The notes beneath the pieces are model-generated. The model made no database searches. It was not told the origin of the DNA and saw only the letters and a program-made list of their open reading frames with translations. A stretch of 64,000 nucleotides of DNA, from contig OZ243938.1 of NCBI GenBank assembly GCA_965214095.1, positions 3,840,001 through 3,904,000 of the forward strand. Reading direction: 5' to 3'. Positions 57,164 to 64,000 of the stretch are shown one piece after another. A program made the translations under genes and the position numbers. Within the stretch, counting starts at the first letter, position 1; the number at the start of each line of letters is the position of its first letter. The DNA is from Candidatus Poribacteria bacterium. GTDB taxonomy: Bacteria > Poribacteria > WGA-4E > WGA-3G.

Positions 57164-59260
57164 CTATACCCTATTTGCCAGGAACATCTCCGTTATTGCA
57201 AGTGCAAATACAGCTAACAAGATAAATGTAGAAAGGCTCTGATTTCTCTCTACATCCTCTTTATATTTTTTCACAATTTCAGGTGTAAGTTCGGTTGGTG
57301 TGCGATCTGTTTCTGTCGTACCAATTAGCATGCTGGTCAATTCTTCAGGATTCCGGGGCGTTAAATCCGACTCCACAGTATCCACATTGATAACGAAATA
57401 GCGTTGTTCTTCACCAGACTGATGCACTGAATAGATACCTGGATTTAATGTATCTTCATAAAAGAGATTGCCCTGTTCATTTAGTGACATCCTTGTTTCT
57501 TTACGGTCAGGATCAAAGACTGCTACCTCTTTTCCCGCATTTTCTTGAGAACTACTGTATTCTATTCCATCACCAATCCGATAATCTGGCACTTTACCAG
57601 CTTGCTTCAATGCCAAATATTTTATGGTTTCATGAAGGAACGGAAGAAAGACACCGTGTATAGGCAAGTCATTCCACTCCCTATCAATCGTGGAAGTATA
57701 ACATAATACACGTCCGTTTCCATATATTTTTTCTACAACTGCTGGATTTCCATCATCAAAAACAGCGATGACGGAGGCATCAGATGTGGGTGTTGACTGA
57801 TAATAACGGAAGAAACGTCCTTTGGCAAAATCACCATGATTTGGATTACTAAACGGTGCAAAAATGGGATGTCGATATTCTACATTCGCAATAACCTGAA
57901 ATTCCTCTTTACCGATGGGATCACCAACAGCTTGCATTAATGTGCAAGGCAAGAGTGAATTTTCGGTTCCACCAAGTAGTTGTTGATAAACACCAGAATC
58001 CACCTGATCTCCCATTGTGAGAATTAATCCGCCGCCAACATTGACATAAGTTTTCAACCTTTCTGCTTCAGTAGAGCTCATTTTGCTGAGATTTGCGAGG
58101 ATTAGCACATCATATCTTTGTATGACAGCTGCGGATGGAATAGTAGTAGATTCAGTATAATCAATTGGCACGCCATCATCCCCAACATCCACAAGTGCTC
58201 TTGTCAAAAAGAAGGTTTCATCATCTATATCATTTCTTTTCCGTTCACCATTGACGCAGTGCGCCTTGATGGACTTCATACTTTGGACAGTAAAATAACG
58301 GACATTGTCAATTTCCAGGTCATCACTCTCAATTTCAACCCTACCTGTATGAGCCGATTCTGTTTGAAGATCGATTTTGATCCTAAAGGCAGCATCTAAA
58401 CTGTCATTAGGTTCAATATCCAATTGTAATGTTTCTACCTTATTATTATCAATGAAAAGGCTAACGGGGAGATTCTCAACACGTTCATTACTGTAGTTGT
58501 GGATACGTGCCACCAATTCTGCATCTTTTTGATCGAGAAGGACAATAGGGGGAACATTGATAACTGTAACTGCTCTGTTTTCTTGCTGTTCAGCTGCAAC
58601 ATCAACAAATTCAATATTAACATCTGGACTCAAGCGATCCGTTTCAAGGAAACTTTCCCATCCACTCTTTTGCAGGTCAGCAACAAGATATATCTGCTTC
58701 TGACCAACTGAAACAGCCTTAAGTATTTCATTAGCAGTTTGTATAGCATCAAGGTAATCCGTTGTATAATTTGTTAACGTTGCATTTTCTATGGCAGATC
58801 TGATGTGACTATGTTCAGAGTCAATTGGTAATATCTGTCTTGCTTTGTCTGCAGATAGAATAAGTGCTACGGCATCTGCACTTTCTAAACTATCAAGCCG
58901 TTTAATTGCCTCTTTTTTGGCTTCTGCAAATGTGTCTGCATACTGCATACTGTAAGAAGTATCCAAAATTATCACAGCATTTCTCACACCACCTAATTCG
59001 GGTGCTGTTGCGGGGTCCTCAGCAAAAAATGGTCGTGCAAAGGCAAAACCGAGTAGCAGTAGCATCAACATACGCATCAGTAGCAGAAGTAATCGCTTTA
59101 GTTTATGTCGCTGCACATTCGTTTGATGTGACATCTGAATAAAGCGAACAGTACTAAAGACAAGTCGCCGTGCCCGTTCCCGGTTCAATAAATGGATAAT
59201 CAGAGGGATAGATGCCCCTACTGCCCCTGCTACGGCAAACATTCCAGCTAAAAGACCCAT
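57164..59260 (-). CDS. BatA N-terminal/vWA domain membrane protein
   Basis: IPLIIHLLNR...LLLLMRMLMLLLLGFAFARP BatA motif; MIDAS DTSYSM; GATase-like domain; C-terminal TM. Confidence 0.88.
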   Translation of the reverse strand: MGLLAGMFAVAGAVGASIPLIIHLLNRERARRLVFSTVRFIQMSHQTNVQRHKLKRLLLLLMRMLMLLLLGFAFARPFFAEDPATAPELGGVRNAVIILDTSYSMQYADTFAEAKKEAIKRLDSLESADAVALILSADKARQILPIDSEHSHIRSAIENATLTNYTTDYLDAIQTANEILKAVSVGQKQIYLVADLQKSGWESFLETDRLSPDVNIEFVDVAAEQQENRAVTVINVPPIVLLDQKDAELVARIHNYSNERVENLPVSLFIDNNKVETLQLDIEPNDSLDAAFRIKIDLQTESAHTGRVEIESDDLEIDNVRYFTVQSMKSIKAHCVNGERKRNDIDDETFFLTRALVDVGDDGVPIDYTESTTIPSAAVIQRYDVLILANLSKMSSTEAERLKTYVNVGGGLILTMGDQVDSGVYQQLLGGTENSLLPCTLMQAVGDPIGKEEFQVIANVEYRHPIFAPFSNPNHGDFAKGRFFRYYQSTPTSDASVIAVFDDGNPAVVEKIYGNGRVLCYTSTIDREWNDLPIHGVFLPFLHETIKYLALKQAGKVPDYRIGDGIEYSSSQENAGKEVAVFDPDRKETRMSLNEQGNLFYEDTLNPGIYSVHQSGEEQRYFVINVDTVESDLTPRNPEELTSMLIGTTETDRTPTELTPEIVKKYKEDVERNQSLSTFILLAVFALAITEMFLANRV

Positions 59261-59294
59261 CGTGTTTATCTCCTTCGTTCACTCTTTACACAGT

Positions 59295-59432
59295 TTATAG
59301 TAAAAACCATAATTATTTACACACTACGGTAGGTTCGGTTCCTAACCGAACTGGTGTTTGTTCTGTCTCATAGAAGCGGTTAGGAAACCGTTTCTACCGG
59401 GAGTGTGCATGTATTTTTACATTTCGCTATAA
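59295..59432. repeat. MITE-like/REPIN composite repeat, copy 3
   Basis: TTATAGTAAAA...TTTCGCTATAA; same internal hairpins with point changes. Confidence 0.85.
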
Positions 59433-59441
59433 CTACCACTA

Positions 59442-60404
59442 TTATATAAATCCCTGTCGTTTCGCTAGATATGATGAGAGTGCCCTATCAATCGGTGTTG
59501 TCGTATTCATCAAATTATAATCTATATCCGATTGGTTTAATGTTGTTCGGTAATGATTTATAAATTCGTTAAAATTACTGAGATAACTTTCTTGTATCAC
59601 TTGTGGAGTTGTAATTATCTCTTGGTCGCTTTCAGAATCGACGAATCTGATGAGTCTTTCAAACTCAAAATCTACTTCCTGTTGAGATAGAATATGAAAA
59701 ACAATGACTTCGTGTCCATCATATCGCAAGTGTTCCAAACCTTCAATAACTTCATCAGGATTTTCATCGTATAGGTCAGAAATCAAAATGACTAACCCCC
59801 GTTTCGTAAGCCGTTCTGCGATTTGGTGTAGCGGTTCTCCGATGCGTGTTTGCTTTTCCGTTTGAATGTTCTCCAATGTTAACAAGATAGTGTGCATGTG
59901 CGATGCACTACTCCGTGCTGGCAAGTACTGATGGACTTTGTCGTCAAAATATGCAAATCCAACTGCATCTCGTTGCTTCGCCATGAAATAGGAGAGAGAA
60001 GCGATGAGAAAACATCCATAGCGGAGTTTGGATAATGGACCTGTTGTTGATGATTCATCGGTTTGTTGGATTTCATCTATCTCCGCTAAATCTTCAGGAG
60101 CGGGATGTGCCATAGACTGACTCGTATCCAACAAGATATAGCAGTTGAGGTTTGTCTCTTCCTCAAACTGCTTGATATAGTAACGATCAGTTCTTCCATA
60201 GACTTTCCAGTCAATGTGTTTTGTATCGTCTCCCGGCATATATTGTCTATATTGCGAAAACTCAACACTAAACCCGTGATAAGGACTTTTGTGTAAACCA
60301 GAGATAAATCCTTCCACTACATATTTGGCAATGAGTTCAAGGTTCCCTATTTGTGCAAGAATGGTGGGATTTAAGTAATTTCGTCCTTCTAATCGCTGTT
60401 GCAT
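59442..60404 (-). CDS. DUF58 family protein (MoxR-associated, vWA-like)
   Basis: GLHKSPYHGFSVEFSQYRQYMPGDD..IDWK, LDTSQSM, ISDL. Confidence 0.92.
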   Translation of the reverse strand: MQQRLEGRNYLNPTILAQIGNLELIAKYVVEGFISGLHKSPYHGFSVEFSQYRQYMPGDDTKHIDWKVYGRTDRYYIKQFEEETNLNCYILLDTSQSMAHPAPEDLAEIDEIQQTDESSTTGPLSKLRYGCFLIASLSYFMAKQRDAVGFAYFDDKVHQYLPARSSASHMHTILLTLENIQTEKQTRIGEPLHQIAERLTKRGLVILISDLYDENPDEVIEGLEHLRYDGHEVIVFHILSQQEVDFEFERLIRFVDSESDQEIITTPQVIQESYLSNFNEFINHYRTTLNQSDIDYNLMNTTTPIDRALSSYLAKRQGFI

Positions 60405-60417
60405 GTGTGTTGGTTTC

Positions 60418-62292
60418 CTATTTTTTTCGTAAAACAAGAAGGGTTAAATCGTCAAATTGATCAGCATTTCCCTGAAAATCAATTACAGATTCATAAATCA
60501 GATTACATATTTGAGAAGCATCCTTATCAGGACAAGTTTTAGACACCTTTTCAAGCCGTTCTTCATCATAAAATTCATCGTCTATATTGACGGTTTCAGT
60601 AACTCCATCTGTATAGAAGATGACAATGTCCCCACTTTCCAGAATTGTCTGTTCCGCCTCATATTTTGCGATGAGCGGCACCATATCATTTGGAAACATT
60701 CCGAGTGGTAACCCGCCAACTTCTTCTCCGAGCCACACAATGTCTCCGTTGTTTTTCACTATTAGCGGTGGGTTATGTCCACCATTTAATGATGTCAAAG
60801 TGTCCGTTTCTGGACAAAGATGACTATAGAAGAATGTCGCATACTTTTCTTCTGTGCCACTAACATATAGTAACGAATTCAGGGTCATTGCCATGTCAAT
60901 CAGTTCATTTTTCATATCAGCAAGTTCATCTGCATCAGGAACTGTTGCACTTGATAATTCGGAGATAAGTCCGGCCCGTAGCGTAGCCATCAATAACGCT
61001 GCTTGCATCCCCTTTCCAGAGACATCAGCAATGGCAAGCCCCCATCCACCTGCAGACAATTCAATACAGTCGAAATAATCTCCACCAACTGGTCCCCGTG
61101 GTTCGTAGTGTCCAGCCACCTCATACCCAGGTATGTCAGGAAGCGTATCAGGGATTAGGTTTTCTTGAATTTTGCGTGCTTCTTCCATTTCAGCTTGCAA
61201 TTGACGTGCTTCAAGTGCTTCTTGATGTAGGTGTGCGTTTTCTATCGCTACACCAGCCTGTTTGGCAAATGAATCAAGGAGTGTTTCATCTTCAAATGTG
61301 TATTCTGCGTTTCTACGACCCCGTTCTTCTTTGTCACCCACAACGAGTACACCTAATATATCACCATCTCGACCTTGAATTGGACCCGCCATCAGGTTTC
61401 TGCCACCAAACAGTGAATCCACTTTTGCTGAACATTGTCCCGGTCTACCCTCTTTAACAACATTAACTAACATCTGCTGAGACATTTGGGATTCACTTTC
61501 ATCAACATCTTCCATTGAAATTATAAACTTTTTCTCAGGATCATTTTCAGGATCATCAGCCACCAAAATATCCGGTGGAAACGCATAGTGTAATTCAAGG
61601 TTCGGTTGGTTTGTTTGAATTAGCATCAGTGCTCCAACATTAGAGTCAAGAAGTGCTACTGCTTGATGAACTACCTGTTCAGCAGCATCTTCAGGCTCAA
61701 GAAGTTGACATATTTGTGGTGCACTTTCTGCCAACATAAACAACCGAAACTTTTCACTCTGTATACGTTCCTCATTACGAGAATATGCGATTGCAATAGA
61801 AATCTGATGTGCAAGAATAGTTAGGAGTTCTTGCTCCCATTCTTCTAATTTTGCACGTCCCAAGAATTCGCCCAAACAAAGGATTCCAAGGAACTCATCT
61901 TGTATTTTTAATGGCACCCAAAGGCGATGCATAGAATTGTCTGTCAGTAGATCCGAATTTCTGTTAATAAAATTGTGTAAGTCTTCCGGAGTTTTGTCTA
62001 GTTCAACAGATGAAGATTCAAGCAAACATGCAACTTCGTCTGGTTGAATGTCTAATTGTGTATCATCAATTTCTGGTGTTGAGGCAGCGATTGACAGATA
62101 GTTATCTGTTTCGTGGTAACATAGAATTGCACCACGTCTTACCTGAAGAGTCCCGAGTGCTATGCGCAAATATGTCTTACTTGAAAGCTTAAAGTTGCTA
62201 TGTCCGGAGATTAGTGTTTGACCTAACTGCTCCAGTTCGGATAGGCTAAAGATTAACCTTTGTATAGTTTCTTCTGCAGAACTGAGGTGCAT
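60418..62292 (-). CDS. RsbU-like PP2C/SpoIIE phosphatase with two GAF domains
   Basis: VGGDYFD, IADVSGKG, YTDGVTE, DDLTLLV; N-terminal GAF motifs. Confidence 0.92.
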   Translation of the reverse strand: MHLSSAEETIQRLIFSLSELEQLGQTLISGHSNFKLSSKTYLRIALGTLQVRRGAILCYHETDNYLSIAASTPEIDDTQLDIQPDEVACLLESSSVELDKTPEDLHNFINRNSDLLTDNSMHRLWVPLKIQDEFLGILCLGEFLGRAKLEEWEQELLTILAHQISIAIAYSRNEERIQSEKFRLFMLAESAPQICQLLEPEDAAEQVVHQAVALLDSNVGALMLIQTNQPNLELHYAFPPDILVADDPENDPEKKFIISMEDVDESESQMSQQMLVNVVKEGRPGQCSAKVDSLFGGRNLMAGPIQGRDGDILGVLVVGDKEERGRRNAEYTFEDETLLDSFAKQAGVAIENAHLHQEALEARQLQAEMEEARKIQENLIPDTLPDIPGYEVAGHYEPRGPVGGDYFDCIELSAGGWGLAIADVSGKGMQAALLMATLRAGLISELSSATVPDADELADMKNELIDMAMTLNSLLYVSGTEEKYATFFYSHLCPETDTLTSLNGGHNPPLIVKNNGDIVWLGEEVGGLPLGMFPNDMVPLIAKYEAEQTILESGDIVIFYTDGVTETVNIDDEFYDEERLEKVSKTCPDKDASQICNLIYESVIDFQGNADQFDDLTLLVLRKK

Positions 62293-62419
62293 ATCGGATT
62301 GTTCCTTTTATGTCTTCTCAACTAATTTCAGGTATTCAATCCTGTAGACCCATTGGGTTAGAGAACGTTGGATTGGGCAGTTAAGGTTCATTATTGGGGT
62401 GAGTCTAGTTTAAAGCAGT

Positions 62420-62764
62420 TTAAAAATTTGCAATGGCAGTCTTTTCATCTGGAAAGATACCAGCATATTTTGCGATTGCCATCATACGAAAAGTCCGTTC
62501 TTGTGTTGCGGACAACCCACAAAAATTCAAAGTGCCATCACGTTCATCAAGTGCCTCTATAATTTCTATCAGTATAGAGATACCTATGCTGTTAATCAGA
62601 GCAGTTTGCTCTAAATTAATTACAAGTTGTGTATATCCTTTTTCAATAAGTTCTTGTGCCTTTTTTGATAGATCTTCACCGAGAGCATCATTTAAATAAC
62701 CTGCTGTTTCCAACACAGCATATTCGTGCTCAGCACGTACCTGAATATCAAATTTATTTGCCAA
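62420..62764 (-). CDS. STAS-domain anti-anti-sigma factor (RsbV-like)
   Basis: LVINLE..LINSIGISIL phospho-Ser motif; GAGGAGG RBS. Confidence 0.88.
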   Translation of the reverse strand: MANKFDIQVRAEHEYAVLETAGYLNDALGEDLSKKAQELIEKGYTQLVINLEQTALINSIGISILIEIIEALDERDGTLNFCGLSATQERTFRMMAIAKYAGIFPDEKTAIANF

Positions 62765-62801
62765 ACCTATACCTCCTCAGAATGCAATGTCCGTTTTGAA
62801 A

Positions 62802-63236
62802 TTATGATGCCGTTCTTTTTATAAAACTAACCGTTGTTCCGTTTTCACCACTCTCAATATTGAATTCATCCATCAGAGTCATTGTAATCTCTAAACCCCA
62901 TCCACGTTTTCGCATTTCCGTATGGATCTGTTGACGGTTAGTGATTCTGTTATGGTGGTCTTCTGCTGTGAAACCGACACCGTGGTCAGTTATTTTACAT
63001 TCCAATTCATCAGCCTTAACTATGTATTTAATGAAAACTTGTCGATCTTCGCTTTGGCTATGTTCAAAGGCGTTAATGCATGTTTCTATGATCGCTAATT
63101 GAATCTCTTCAGTCTGATCCTCGTTAAAGTGGTTCAATTCGGCAAGAACTGAACCAGTTTTGGCTGCTACAAGCTCCATGTCTCGGTCCATCGGGATTGT
63201 CAGACACACTTGATCTTTCAAAACTGTATTGGTCAC
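62802..63236 (-). CDS. RsbW-like anti-sigma factor/Ser kinase (HATPase_c)
   Basis: IETCINAFEH N-box, ITDHGVGF G1 box, RGWGL, GTTV. Confidence 0.88.
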   Translation of the reverse strand: MTNTVLKDQVCLTIPMDRDMELVAAKTGSVLAELNHFNEDQTEEIQLAIIETCINAFEHSQSEDRQVFIKYIVKADELECKITDHGVGFTAEDHHNRITNRQQIHTEMRKRGWGLEITMTLMDEFNIESGENGTTVSFIKRTAS

Positions 63237-63698
63237 GCTGAGTTGCCTCCTTGTTAAGGGTAATCCGATTCTCTCACATAAGATAAATAATTATTGGCAA
63301 TTTAGATCTCTTAATATTTAATGATTTATATTATGATTCCATATTGATGAAGTAGATCTATTTTTAGTAATTATAACGCCAACTAATCTATCCTGTTTTC
63401 CCGATTGGTTTGGATTCTTGCTTAGCAATAAGATTCTATCTTTTCTAAAATAACATTCAACTAACTTTTGCTATATCTTAATGATTTTAATTTCTGTATT
63501 ACTAATATTATAGGATAACACGGTTGATTTAAAATTTCAAGGTATTTTCTCATAAATTCCAGAAGCATTCAATTGTTAGAATTCGCAATTTTTGGGAGAG
63601 TTCTAACGCAATTCAGAAAATACAGAATCTCGACCATTGAATAGATCTGTTTTACCTTAGATGTTATAGAATTAATGTTATTTCAACCTTGTCAAATA

Positions 63699-64000
63699 CT
63701 AAGTATTTGCTGTTTTCGTTTCCTCCACAAACCACCGTGCATCTTCCATTCGTGCACCAGCTTCATCGTCTTTGGGTTGATATTTAGTGAACTTTACTAT
63801 ATCACAATGCATAAGAAAACCTTGTAAATGTTTGACATATATTTCATCAATTTGTTCATTTGATATCTGTCTCAGAAGTCCGACAGTAGTCAACTCCAAT
63901 GCGGGGATGTTGTATCGTGCGGAAATATATTCTCGGATTATGTATGATATTTGAGTATGATATGTTTCCAAATCACAAGATGTCGAATCAAGTGTATTCA
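63699..64000 (-). CDS. Bat-operon-associated hypothetical protein, 3' end (partial)
   Basis: Frame stays open to the window edge; ISYIIREYISARYNIPALELTT...CDIVKF motif typical of proteins in MoxR/Bat clusters. Confidence 0.6.
   Translation of the reverse strand, partial: NTLDSTSCDLETYHTQISYIIREYISARYNIPALELTTVGLLRQISNEQIDEIYVKHLQGFLMHCDIVKFTKYQPKDDEAGARMEDARWFVEETKTANT

Noticed and set aside
63237-63698. AT-rich gap as a possible ncRNA or origin
   Set aside because: No convincing ORF, strong hairpin or DnaA-box cluster; probably promoter DNA for the rsb genes
1-64000. CRISPR array, tRNA or rRNA genes
   Set aside because: No regularly spaced repeat-spacer array, cas gene, cloverleaf or rRNA-like sequence was seen; the repeats are dispersed intergenic elements or coding repeats

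Overview
Bacterial genomic window of about 40% GC. The gene content (three sulfatases, three PhyH dioxygenases, WD40/TPR/FG-GAP proteins, a YPNPF-type sorting domain) suggests Candidatus Poribacteria or a similar lineage; this is an inference. Housekeeping genes are the 3' end of hemH, hemY/hemG, rph-rdgB-efp-accB-accC, pncB, a desaturase, a core methionine synthase, uxuA-like and pgl genes, an Rsb partner-switching module and Bat/MoxR-type vWA genes. The strongest candidate for an undescribed system is at 28.6-36.5 kb. There, a GrpE-like gene and a lid-less Hsp70 are followed by four paralogues that share an N-terminal J-domain-like module in which HPD is replaced by GGRPRADG. The paralogues carry exchangeable C-terminal binding domains (three FGE/C-lectin-fold, one WD40). 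The Hsp70 has Gln at the DnaK R167 position that contacts HPD, consistent with a co-evolved, orthogonal chaperone/adaptor system. Other points: a ~3,060-aa acidic surface protein with a T9SS-like C-terminal domain plus PorV-like and LysM genes behind three tandem promoters and a structured leader; a degenerate AccA paralogue; two tnpB-less IS200/IS605 remnants retaining omega-RNA-like right ends; a MITE-like family carrying GTAG-REP hairpins; and a sigma54 promoter with two enhancer palindromes. All calls come from reading motifs by eye; no database searches were run.
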